A stretch of 64,000 nucleotides of DNA. Origin: an uncultured virus (IMG/VR IMGVR_UViG_3300018405_000012) (Duplodnaviria > Heunggongvirae > Uroviricota > Caudoviricetes). The notes under the pieces are model-generated. The model had not been told where the DNA came from, ran no database searches, and saw nothing but the letters and a program-made list of their open reading frames with translations. How positions within the stretch are numbered: position 1 is the stretch's first letter; the number at the start of each line of letters is the position of its first letter. The DNA is taken from the IMG/VR virus record IMGVR_UViG_3300018405_000012. The stretch is one strand, 5' to 3'. Below are positions 39,918 to 48,662 of this stretch, piece after piece. The translations under genes and the position numbers were made by a program.

Positions 39918-41452
39918 AAAAAAATGTAACCTATGTCAAGCGGGATCAGGTGCGGATGGGTTTCATCCACCGGATCTTTCTGACAGGACGGACACTTGAT
40001 CTTCGGGAGCCCCACGTAGGAGACCGTAGACTTCTGAATCCATGTCATGACTTCGGTACTGAGCTTATCGGACAGCTCGGGCGATTCACTCAACATTTCC
40101 AGTACACGGTCCTTGTCCTCGACCTCGCCGATGATACGTGGCTCGGTGTCGGGGTCAAGAGTGTGCTCGAAATGCGCTACCCAGTGACTGTATTGACGCA
40201 AGTTGGTCATGGCACCCGAACGCATGATGTGGCGAACCCGATCCATTTCCGCCAAACGATGTCCGAAGGCTTCGTTGGTGGCTTTGGAGATACCGTCGAC
40301 CCAGAGGTGGCCGGCTGTGATCTGGTCTTGCAGAGTCGGAACCCGCAGGACTGCCGTCAGGGTATCGTTCAGCGTTACACGTTTCTCGTAGAAGCTGAAT
40401 TCCTTTTGGTACTCCTCCAGCCAGGCACGATCACGCTTGGATTTACGCGACGCCATCAGCAGCGCTTGTTTGGCACTGATCTTGTCACGGTCAACGACAC
40501 CCAGACGGGCAAAGTTGAGCACCATTTCATCGATGTGACTGCAGTTGTCAGCAACACACGGCTGACGGAACATGTAGCCATCCGGATACATGGCACTGAC
40601 CAGACCCCACAGCACTTGCTGGTAATCACGGGAACGGATCACCGACAGCAATTCATCTACCGTATCCCCAGTCTCAAACTGATAGTTGACCGACACCACG
40701 TGCTCCAGTGCGAAGCGCATGTACGTCTCAACAGTGTAGACCTCGGTGTTGGAGAACGACATGCCGTTGGCCGCACGACCGAGGGTGATCTTCTCCATGC
40801 GAATGCGCTGATCTAGGTCCAACAGGGCTTGAATGGCCGGTGCCCGGAACGAGATCCAAAGGCCAGTGTTCCATAGCGGAACCTGTACAACAGACCCTTG
40901 ACCAAAAGAAGCCCGAATGGCCATGACGGGGTCTTTCATGTTTTCAGGACGTACCTTACCGGCGCCCAGCTTGGCTTCGTTGTGAAGGACGTACTGACCC
41001 CAATCACCGTCCTTGTCAATCCCGTCGAAGTAAAGATCCTGCCAGATCGAACTGAGGTTTCGGCTAAGGAATACCAGACGGCGTTCTTCCTTGCTGAGTT
41101 TGGCTACCCGCTCCTCATCGAGGTCGGTCAGGCCACGGGCCTCGAGGATCTTCAGCATCTCATCAGCACCGACTTTAAGTGCGGACAGAGCAGGCTTAGC
41201 CGGATCGATCTTTTGACGCTTGTAGACCGGATACTCCAGATTGACGTGGGGGTTGGGGGTGTTGAACTCGTCCCACAGGGTAGGATCGTCTTCGGTTTGG
41301 CGAGTCTGTTGTTCAGCTTCAGGGGCCTGAGCCTGGGCACGGGTGGCTTCTTCGAAGGCGTCCGTATTATCGTCTACGCTAGGCAGGCCATCTTCCACGA
41401 CATCGTCGATCATTTCCAGCTCGCCGTTGTCGTTTGGCGTTTGTTCACTCAT
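39869..41452 (-). CDS. Conserved chimallivirus protein (phiKZ gp77-like), probable baseplate/tail assembly chaperone
   Basis: VPLWNTGLWISF, MYPDGY, PCVADNC and CPSC, ending IPLDIGYIFF; reminiscent of T4 gp26/gp51-type chaperones. Confidence 0.7.
   Translation of the reverse strand: MSEQTPNDNGELEMIDDVVEDGLPSVDDNTDAFEEATRAQAQAPEAEQQTRQTEDDPTLWDEFNTPNPHVNLEYPVYKRQKIDPAKPALSALKVGADEMLKILEARGLTDLDEERVAKLSKEERRLVFLSRNLSSIWQDLYFDGIDKDGDWGQYVLHNEAKLGAGKVRPENMKDPVMAIRASFGQGSVVQVPLWNTGLWISFRAPAIQALLDLDQRIRMEKITLGRAANGMSFSNTEVYTVETYMRFALEHVVSVNYQFETGDTVDELLSVIRSRDYQQVLWGLVSAMYPDGYMFRQPCVADNCSHIDEMVLNFARLGVVDRDKISAKQALLMASRKSKRDRAWLEEYQKEFSFYEKRVTLNDTLTAVLRVPTLQDQITAGHLWVDGISKATNEAFGHRLAEMDRVRHIMRSGAMTNLRQYSHWVAHFEHTLDPDTEPRIIGEVEDKDRVLEMLSESPELSDKLSTEVMTWIQKSTVSYVGLPKIKCPSCQKDPVDETHPHLIPLDIGYIFFTLAAFKISQVEGAAD
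39876..39923 (-). other. Programmed -1 ribosomal frameshift signal
   Basis: In-phase heptamer T TTT TTC (39923-39917), 6-nt spacer ACCCTA, then stem-loop GCCGCG...CGCGGC (39910-39876). Confidence 0.75.
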
Positions 41453-41466
41453 GATTCTTCGGTTCC

Positions 41467-41868
41467 TTAAATGGCCGTAGCGGTGGTCTGAGAGGTGTCG
41501 AGTTCATCGTAAAGCAGTTCGGTCAACTCGCCGATCAGGGGTGTGATGACAGCAGTCGCGTCGTCGATGAAGCTCAGGTATTCGCCCCCGAGCTGAAGCA
41601 GTTCGGGGTGGTGAGGGTGTGCCAGTACTTTACCGGACAGGCTATCGGTCTTATTGACAATACGGTCCAGGCGACGCTTGTACTCCTCAAGGTCACGCTT
41701 GATGTAGCCCACCAAACTGATGGCGCGGCTACGCTTATCTGGATTGACCCAATTATGTCGCGCAACGACCTGGGTGGATTCGGCGAAATTGAAAAGCATG
41801 CGCAGTGACTGTTGACGTAATTGATGCAGCCCCTGGGCGGGGGTTTGCTTGGAAGCGGTAGTGTTCAT
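41467..41868 (-). CDS. Hypothetical helical protein (gp78-like position)
   Basis: 133 aa with SD. Confidence 0.55.
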   Translation of the reverse strand: MNTTASKQTPAQGLHQLRQQSLRMLFNFAESTQVVARHNWVNPDKRSRAISLVGYIKRDLEEYKRRLDRIVNKTDSLSGKVLAHPHHPELLQLGGEYLSFIDDATAVITPLIGELTELLYDELDTSQTTATAI

Positions 41869-41960
41869 TATCCCCTATCCTTTTTAAAACTCTTGGGCTA
41901 ATAATTTGTATCTAACTCATAATAGGTTAGGCATACTTTATTTTGAACAAGAGGCCGGTT

Positions 41961-42803
41961 ATGTTCGACGAAATTGCTACGCTTCTCCAAGACAGGGTCG
42001 ATCCCGTGGTCTGGGAGGGTCTGCTTGACCTGACTCGGGCACTCGAGCAGCATCAAGCCATTCTGTACAAAGAGCAGCTGCATCACCTGATCATGGACGC
42101 TAACAACCTGGATACCACCGCACTGGTGGATCGGGTCATTGCCATCATTTACGGTCAGGTGACAGCGCTGCTCGGACAAATGAAAATTGAACTGGATCTG
42201 GATCAGGTCACCCATCAGACCCTGGCCGCCATTCTGAATGCTCTGACCTTTGCCCCAAACGATCAGGACGAATATGCCTTGTCAGCTCTACAGCAAGGCG
42301 ATGATCCATTAGAGATCCTGGCGGAAGTTGTAAGTGTGTATACCGGAGCAGACCCCATCGAATACTTGCCGGTAATCACCTCTGTGGCGATGACTACTCT
42401 GCAGAGCATCGAGAGCACGCTTCAACGCAACCTGAGCTATAACGAAGAAAGTCAAAGCGGGGTTCAGGAAGCAGTGCTTCTGCTCAATCGCCAACAGCAG
42501 TTGATCGGTACGGCCCTGACCGTGGGCATGGAATCGTTGCAGGCTGGTGTACCAATCGGGACAGATACGACGACGATGGTCGAGCAGCACCGCGAGATCT
42601 TGGTCACCATGTCTGCAGACACTCTGGCAGACGCATTGCTCTCAATCGCCTTGCTTGGTAATATCCCACATGATGCCTTGGAAGATGAAGTGATGCACTT
42701 CGTGGAGAGCATCGTGGACGACCCTCTGGGCATCCAAAAGACATACAAACGACTTAAGGTGCGACTGAGTGCTTTGAAGGACGCTACCCATGAACAAGTT
42801 TGA
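41961..42803 (+). CDS. Virion protein (phiKZ gp79-like)
   Basis: Start reassigned to MFDEIA (GAGG SD); acidic and helical; has a GME site; precedes the vRNAP subunit. Confidence 0.6.
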   Translation: MFDEIATLLQDRVDPVVWEGLLDLTRALEQHQAILYKEQLHHLIMDANNLDTTALVDRVIAIIYGQVTALLGQMKIELDLDQVTHQTLAAILNALTFAPNDQDEYALSALQQGDDPLEILAEVVSVYTGADPIEYLPVITSVAMTTLQSIESTLQRNLSYNEESQSGVQEAVLLLNRQQQLIGTALTVGMESLQAGVPIGTDTTTMVEQHREILVTMSADTLADALLSIALLGNIPHDALEDEVMHFVESIVDDPLGIQKTYKRLKVRLSALKDATHEQV

Positions 42804-44097
42804 CTTCTATGTACAGGCCTTGCAGGCTGGCGCATATCGCTACAAAGGCTGGGTAGTTGAAGCCTTTGCGGTCAAGCGCTCAACTCGAAATGACGAGGCG
42901 CCCAAGCTTTGGTCTATCCGGTATAACCGCGACAATACCGAAGGCTACATTCCAACTGAGGCTGGAGACATGTGGGTGCCGCTCGATGACACTAAACCCA
43001 TGGAGCCTGCCTTCTACCCTGCCGATCCCATTACCGTGACCCCAGAGATGATCCCCAACTGTAAGGTCGCAGTTGAATCGACCTATGGGGATCTGCTGTT
43101 CAACTGGTTTGTACTGGTCGAAGCGTTCGGTAATCTGATTGACTTCGAGGTGGGGCCAGTCGACATCGGTAAGATCGAACGGATCATCGCCAAACGCCTG
43201 GTGGACGACGAAAAGGTCAAAGGGGTGGCACCACTACCTGATCAGATCTCCGTGTCCATGTACATGCGTTACGGGCGCTGCATGGGGGCCTTGGCAGGCT
43301 TCGTGCAGGTATTCGTCCCAACCCTTACACCCAAGGCACTGACAACTGATCCGGCTGTCCGGGTACGCCGCGCCGAACTGCTCAAAGAGAACGAAGACCG
43401 CCTGTTTGACCCGGTGGTTCAGGCCAAGATCCAGAACGAATTGATTGCAATGGACAAGGCCTGGATTGACGGCGATCCCTCAGAGGGCTTCTTCCTGGGT
43501 TCAGGAAAGTCGTTCGGCACGGCCCGTAAGCGGATGTTCTTGATTCACGGCCCTGAGGCTGGTTTCAACGAAGGTGGTAATGCGCAGCTGGTCGTCAATA
43601 GCCTCAACGAAGGCTGGGATACAGACTACCTGGTTGACATGTTCAACTCCTCCCGTGCTGGTTCCTTCTACCGCGGGGCATTGACTGCACTGGGGGGTGA
43701 AGCGGTTAAGTTCTTCATGCGGGTGTTCCAGAACACCACCATCAGTGAAGACGACTGTGGGTCCAAGCTTGGGATCGAACGTACAATCGACCCCGGTCAA
43801 GGCGAGTATTACACTGGCCTGTGGGAGATCGTACCGGGTGGGATCAAGTTGATCGATGCTGAGCGCGCCAAGTCACTGGAAGGCAAGACCATCTTGACCC
43901 GGTCGCCGATGTTCTGTCGGACCAAGGGCCCTGACTTCTGTGCCAAGTGTGTCGGTGAGGCCCTGGCAGCCATTCCGTTTGCCATCGGTGCGGAAAACAC
44001 GTCAGTGGCGTCCAAGTTCATGGACATCATGATGGCCTCGGCGCACGCAAAAGAACTGAAGACCACCAAACTCAACATCACAGAAGTCTTTACCTGA
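42790..44097 (+). CDS. Virion RNA polymerase beta' middle subunit (phiKZ gp80-like)
   Basis: NSLNEG, SRAGSFYRG..TALGG (bridge helix), EDDCGS and RSPMFC...FCAKC (Zn). Confidence 0.88.
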   Translation: MNKFDFYVQALQAGAYRYKGWVVEAFAVKRSTRNDEAPKLWSIRYNRDNTEGYIPTEAGDMWVPLDDTKPMEPAFYPADPITVTPEMIPNCKVAVESTYGDLLFNWFVLVEAFGNLIDFEVGPVDIGKIERIIAKRLVDDEKVKGVAPLPDQISVSMYMRYGRCMGALAGFVQVFVPTLTPKALTTDPAVRVRRAELLKENEDRLFDPVVQAKIQNELIAMDKAWIDGDPSEGFFLGSGKSFGTARKRMFLIHGPEAGFNEGGNAQLVVNSLNEGWDTDYLVDMFNSSRAGSFYRGALTALGGEAVKFFMRVFQNTTISEDDCGSKLGIERTIDPGQGEYYTGLWEIVPGGIKLIDAERAKSLEGKTILTRSPMFCRTKGPDFCAKCVGEALAAIPFAIGAENTSVASKFMDIMMASAHAKELKTTKLNITEVFT

Positions 44098-44110
44098 TAA
44101 GGGTGTCACC

Positions 44111-47023
44111 ATGAGCGATAAATACAACGGTGTCTATCCCACGGCATGGACGCAACGCGAGATTGCAGTTTACGAGCAGCTGGGGCAAGAACCTCCCAAG
44201 ACTCGAAATGGATTGTGGGTTGGGGATGTCGAACGAGAAGCCCGCGATTTGGCTGACTGGTCTTTGGCCGAACTGTTCGCCCTGGCCAACAACGAACTTT
44301 ACACCCAGCAACAACCGGGCACTGGGGATTTCTACCGCACCCTTCGCACCAAGGCCCTATTGGTCGATAAGGATGCCTTGAAGTGGAGTGAAGAGGAACT
44401 TTACGATTGGTTGTTGTTTGAGCGTACCCCAGAGAGAACCCCGAACGGGAACTACCTCAACGACCCGGATCGCTGGACCAAAGACGCCAACACATGGAAT
44501 GATTCTGAGCTGGTGGATCTTGGGTGTGGGTACTTCGGTGAGTTGGATCGCTCTCAGCTCTACATCCTCGATGAGGCCTGCGAACGGTTTGACTTGCCGC
44601 TGGGCATCACGTTTGAAGACTACTGTGCGTATATCAAGGATCGGACCAAGCCTGAGCTGACCAGCAATGGTGTTCTCATCAATGACCGTCGACGGGCCAG
44701 CAAGGCGGTTGTTGATTGGACTGACGATGAACTTCAAGCGTATGCCTTGGGTGAACTCGAGCCTGACTCTACCGATGAAGCCCTCCTGGTCAGAGCCTTG
44801 GATGCCTTCGGTGGAGAGTGGTACTGGGACCGTGCGTCTTTATTGACTTGGGTCAGGGACGAAGAGATCCCGGAAGTGGACCTTGATTATAGCCGCTTCT
44901 CGACAGATCAACTCAAACGCCTGGTTCGTGAAGAGAACGACACACGGGCATACGAGGCCCTTGAAAAGAGTCTTCTACTGCCGAATGCGATTGACCACAG
45001 CTGGTGGGATGAGGCTCAGCGGCGCAATTACCTGCTCGATGGGGTGATCCCAGAAGAACCGGTTGAGGTCGTCGAACCGGAAGAGCTCCCAGAACCTGAG
45101 CCCGAGACAGTCGAAACTCCCGAGCCTGAAAACCTAGGTGAAGTGGTGGTTGAGGAAGTAGTGCTCGAAGAGCCAGAGCCCGCAGAAGAGCTACCGCCCG
45201 TTACTCCAACGGTCTGGACCGATTTGGTGACCGAGGATTCGCCTCTGTTTGATGCATTGTCTGTAAGTACCTCTGACGAGATCATTGCAGACAGTGAGCA
45301 ACGGACTTTACTGTCCGCTTCCAGGTGGTCACTGGCGGAATTGGTCGGGTGGGCGCGTGGTTTGATCCCGGCAGGACTCAATACTACTGAGGCAACCCTC
45401 ATAGCGGCCCTACGGCTTCATTGCGGGCCTTTCGTGACAAACTGGACCGATGATGCAGTCAAGTCATTCATTGCTCTCCAGGAGCTTCCTGAGGGCTTTG
45501 ACAGTGGGATGTTGGTCGAAGATGTTATCAGGGACAAGAAACACCCAGGTGACTGGACTGATGAAGAACTGACTGCCTATGCAGCTGGGAAGATTCGGAC
45601 AGCCACTGCAAAACCTGATGAAATCATGCTGACGTTACGGGTGCGGTTCAACGTGCCGGGACATCTTAACGATGAGCAGGTCAAGCGGTTTGTAGCCAGT
45701 GGTGAATATGAGACAGAGGCCATCGCCCCTATCACAGTTGCAAACACAGCATCGGATGCACAACTCAAGGCATGGTTGGACGGTAACATGACAGTCTCAC
45801 CGGAATTGGAAGCGGAGTTATTCAACCTCGTCCGAGGTCGGCACCGAATTGATGCCCATTGGACAGATCAACAAGTACTGGCCCATTTCAGGAATGGAAC
45901 CCAGCCCACTGTGACAGCCGATGGTGTCCTGGTCGAAGACCGTCTTCGTGACACTAGCACCCCTGTCAAGTGGACCTGGAAAGAACTGCAAGCCCTCAAC
46001 CGGGGCGAGATCGGGGCGGAGTTTTCTCCCGACTGTCTTGCCTTTATGACTCGGGTGCGTGAACTGATCCGGATTCAGTATGGTCACAATGAAGTGAACT
46101 GGAGTGATCGCGAAGTCTTGATGTTCCTGGAACGGCAAACCGTCCCGCGTGCATTGGAGAGCGGGGTTTACCTCAACGACCCGACCCGTATCTATCGGAG
46201 CGCCAGTGAATGGCGTGAGGTGGAACTTAAGGCCTGGTTGAGCGGGGATATTCAGCCAACTGAAGCAGCCACTGCAGAACAACTCTGGCATGAGACTTAT
46301 GTCAGGTTCAAGGTCCCGGTGTTCTGGTACCGCGAGGATGCCAAATCCTATGTTCTACATGGCACTGAGGTCCCGACCACTCCGAGTGGCATTTGGCTAC
46401 GTGATCGCAATCGTGATGCACGCCCTGCCAAGCACTGGACCCGTCGTGAAATAAAAGCCTGGTGTCGAGGCCTGATCCTGCCAGGTATTAACGCCTCCTC
46501 AGAAGAACTGGTCCATCAAGCCAGTCGTCTGTTTGGGGTATCTGCTTTACTTGATGACGATTCGATCAAACGTCGCATCGCTGAAATTACTGAGGAGTCA
46601 ATGACCATGACGGTTAAATTCGTCACCGATGACCTGGCCAGCTACGCCCAAGGGCGTGAGGCCGCCGGGAGCAACGCGCTCAAAGCTGCACCCTATCAGA
46701 CGCTGTTGGAGCGCTGCATCGGCCGTGTCCTGCGTCTGGAAGGTGAAGACTTCGTACAGGGCTGGACTGAACTGCTGCTGTTCTTCCACAAGCACAGCAC
46801 TGGCATCACGTCGGCCAAGAAGCTTTACATAGGCGTCGGTCAAATGGCAATTACTCCGAAAGGGTTGCGTAATTTCCAGAACATGACTGCCATCCTGATG
46901 ACCACGTGCGATCCGGCCAACCGTGACCGTGCTGTACGTCTGACCGAATGGACCACTGCACTGAAGGAACTGCCGAACGAGAAGGCGCGGCAAGGACTTC
47001 TCGCTTATTATGGGGTCAATTAA
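44111..47023 (+). CDS. Large tandem-repeat protein with conserved C-terminal domain
   Basis: 970 aa with Trp-rich ~70-80-aa repeats, a Pro/Glu linker and an internal SD+ATG at 46592-46609. Confidence 0.75.
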   Translation: MSDKYNGVYPTAWTQREIAVYEQLGQEPPKTRNGLWVGDVEREARDLADWSLAELFALANNELYTQQQPGTGDFYRTLRTKALLVDKDALKWSEEELYDWLLFERTPERTPNGNYLNDPDRWTKDANTWNDSELVDLGCGYFGELDRSQLYILDEACERFDLPLGITFEDYCAYIKDRTKPELTSNGVLINDRRRASKAVVDWTDDELQAYALGELEPDSTDEALLVRALDAFGGEWYWDRASLLTWVRDEEIPEVDLDYSRFSTDQLKRLVREENDTRAYEALEKSLLLPNAIDHSWWDEAQRRNYLLDGVIPEEPVEVVEPEELPEPEPETVETPEPENLGEVVVEEVVLEEPEPAEELPPVTPTVWTDLVTEDSPLFDALSVSTSDEIIADSEQRTLLSASRWSLAELVGWARGLIPAGLNTTEATLIAALRLHCGPFVTNWTDDAVKSFIALQELPEGFDSGMLVEDVIRDKKHPGDWTDEELTAYAAGKIRTATAKPDEIMLTLRVRFNVPGHLNDEQVKRFVASGEYETEAIAPITVANTASDAQLKAWLDGNMTVSPELEAELFNLVRGRHRIDAHWTDQQVLAHFRNGTQPTVTADGVLVEDRLRDTSTPVKWTWKELQALNRGEIGAEFSPDCLAFMTRVRELIRIQYGHNEVNWSDREVLMFLERQTVPRALESGVYLNDPTRIYRSASEWREVELKAWLSGDIQPTEAATAEQLWHETYVRFKVPVFWYREDAKSYVLHGTEVPTTPSGIWLRDRNRDARPAKHWTRREIKAWCRGLILPGINASSEELVHQASRLFGVSALLDDDSIKRRIAEITEESMTMTVKFVTDDLASYAQGREAAGSNALKAAPYQTLLERCIGRVLRLEGEDFVQGWTELLLFFHKHSTGITSAKKLYIGVGQMAITPKGLRNFQNMTAILMTTCDPANRDRAVRLTEWTTALKELPNEKARQGLLAYYGVN

Positions 47024-47039
47024 ACAAAAAAAGAAAGAT

Positions 47040-47073
47040 ACATAGAGAGGAGCCCGATGGCTCCTCTCTATGT
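47040..47073. terminator. 15-bp stem hairpin between convergent genes
   Basis: ACATAGAGAGGAGCC-cgat-GGCTCCTCTCTATGT. Confidence 0.75.
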
Positions 47074-47077
47074 CCGC

Positions 47078-47533
47078 TTAACGCACCTTGGCTAGGATAG
47101 CGTTCACCATACTCGGGCGGCTGTGTGCATCGCTCCGCCGAGCCACCGCGTTCAACGCCAGTGCTACGAACCGTTCTTCTTTCGTAGCGATCTCGATGTA
47201 CGCATCTTCAGTCAGACGGTTTTCATCGAGCAACCGCTTCAGTTCCTTCCTGAAGATGAGGCGGGCATTGTCAGGACCGCTGGTGTAACAGAAGTCATAG
47301 ACGATTCCAGTTACGATATTAGCCACCAATGCAACGATCGGGTCTTTCAAATCCCGATCAAGAATTGTCGCTACGGGCTTCATGGCGACCACGATAATGG
47401 CGCACTTACGGCTGATAACGCCACCGTAAATTTTGTTGGCCATAGCGACGGCGTTATCCAGACTGGTGATCTCCACCTGGAAGCGACGTGCCCAGACAGC
47501 GACGTTCTGGTGCATTTCAGTTTTATAGGACAT
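47078..47533 (-). CDS. Hypothetical accessory protein
   Basis: 151 aa with AAGGAG SD; has its own promoter and terminator. Confidence 0.65.
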   Translation of the reverse strand: MSYKTEMHQNVAVWARRFQVEITSLDNAVAMANKIYGGVISRKCAIIVVAMKPVATILDRDLKDPIVALVANIVTGIVYDFCYTSGPDNARLIFRKELKRLLDENRLTEDAYIEIATKEERFVALALNAVARRSDAHSRPSMVNAILAKVR

Positions 47534-47569
47534 GGCGATCTCCTTTAGATCGTGGGTAAGGTCACCAGT

Positions 47570-47599
47570 ACTATGTAGGGTTGAAAATAATTCGAATCG
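47570..47599 (-). promoter_or_regulatory. Putative early promoter CGATT-N17-TACATAGT
   Basis: Repeated motif. Confidence 0.65.
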
Positions 47600-47613
47600 A
47601 AAAAAAACAGCTA

Positions 47614-47639
47614 AGAGAGGAGCCGCAAGGCTCCTCTCT
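47614..47639. terminator. Hairpin terminator
   Basis: AGAGAGGAGCC-gcaa-GGCTCCTCTCT, near-identical to the hairpin at 47040. Confidence 0.7.
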
Positions 47640-47667
47640 ATGCCGTCTGTGTAGTCAAACTCCTTTC

Positions 47668-48261
47668 TTACAGGTTATCGATTTCTTTTCGCTGTACTTC
47701 CAAAGCATCACCAAAGGCATACAAATACAGTCTCGGATATCCGGCATACCCGCCCGTGCCGAACTTTTCCTTGATGTGTGCAATGGCCGGTGCCAGGGCT
47801 TCATCTCGTGCCATGCCGCGCGCTACTCGATACTGAATAGCACGCTCCAGCATGTCCTCAATCCGACCTGGCAATTCACGGTCAGCGGCGTTCATCAACT
47901 CCGAGAACAGTGAGGTGAACTGTCCTTTGAAGCTTGCGCGATGTTCACGACAGGCGTGGGACAGAAGCGTCCTGTCTTCATTGTTGAGAGCGACTATGTG
48001 TTCGTAATCAGTACTCTTGACCCATTCGGCACTGAGCAGATGATGATTCACCCGACTCCAGGCGAACATGTCGTGAAAGTATGCCGCCATCATGATCAGC
48101 TCAGGGTTTTGGTTAAGGCCAAGACGCTGGTCGATTTCGAGAGCACAAGCCTCCACATTCCCGAAGTGATTGGCGCGATGTGCTTCATCATTGAGTTCCC
48201 ATGCAGCGGAGAATTTAGCGACGACATCTGCGCGTAATGCATGGACTTTAAGGTTAAGCAT
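47668..48261 (-). CDS. HD-domain metal-dependent phosphohydrolase
   Basis: AHRANH, AAYFHD, NHH, REH and AAD motifs. Confidence 0.85.
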   Translation of the reverse strand: MLNLKVHALRADVVAKFSAAWELNDEAHRANHFGNVEACALEIDQRLGLNQNPELIMMAAYFHDMFAWSRVNHHLLSAEWVKSTDYEHIVALNNEDRTLLSHACREHRASFKGQFTSLFSELMNAADRELPGRIEDMLERAIQYRVARGMARDEALAPAIAHIKEKFGTGGYAGYPRLYLYAFGDALEVQRKEIDNL

Positions 48262-48291
48262 GTCGGTTCCTCATTGGGTATATTCGGCTGG

Positions 48292-48320
48292 ATGATGTAG
48301 GGTCAAAACCCCATCCAATC
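48292..48320 (-). promoter_or_regulatory. Putative early promoter GATT-N17-TACATCAT
   Basis: Repeated motif. Confidence 0.6.
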
Positions 48321-48383
48321 AAAAGCAAAAAAAGAAATCCAACCGATAGCTCCGGGGGTCTTAGGACCCCCGGTTATGCGGCA

Positions 48384-48536
48384 TCAGTTGAACTTCATCC
48401 GCAGGTAGGCACGACCGCTGGTGAACTCCTCTTCAAGTTCACGGCGATTATTTTCCAGACGTTCGACTTCCGAGTCAAACTCCTCCATCAGTTCTTCAAG
48501 AGACAGGGTGCCGGGGATTGGATTATCTGTAGGCAT
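48384..48536 (-). CDS. Small acidic protein (50 aa), not in the ORF track
   Basis: MPTDNPIPGTLSLEELMEEFDSEVERLENNRRELEEEFTSGRAYLRMKFN; GGAG SD, its own promoter motif and a downstream hairpin at 48352-48373. Confidence 0.6.
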   Translation of the reverse strand: MPTDNPIPGTLSLEELMEEFDSEVERLENNRRELEEEFTSGRAYLRMKFN

Positions 48537-48590
48537 GGTTTCAACTCCATAAAAAGGTTATCGACTAGATCGTTCTAGCTATTCACCAGT

Positions 48591-48620
48591 ACTATGTACT
48601 GTTGAAATCTTTTCCAATCG
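48591..48620 (-). promoter_or_regulatory. Putative early promoter CGATT-N17-TACATAGT
   Basis: Repeated motif. Confidence 0.65.
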
Positions 48621-48662
48621 AATAGAGAGAGGGGGGCAAACGCCCCCTCCATTAGACACGAC

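Noticed and set aside
47040..48660. CRISPR-like array of repeated hairpins
   Set aside because: The repeats are separated by whole genes with irregular spacing, and no cas genes are present.
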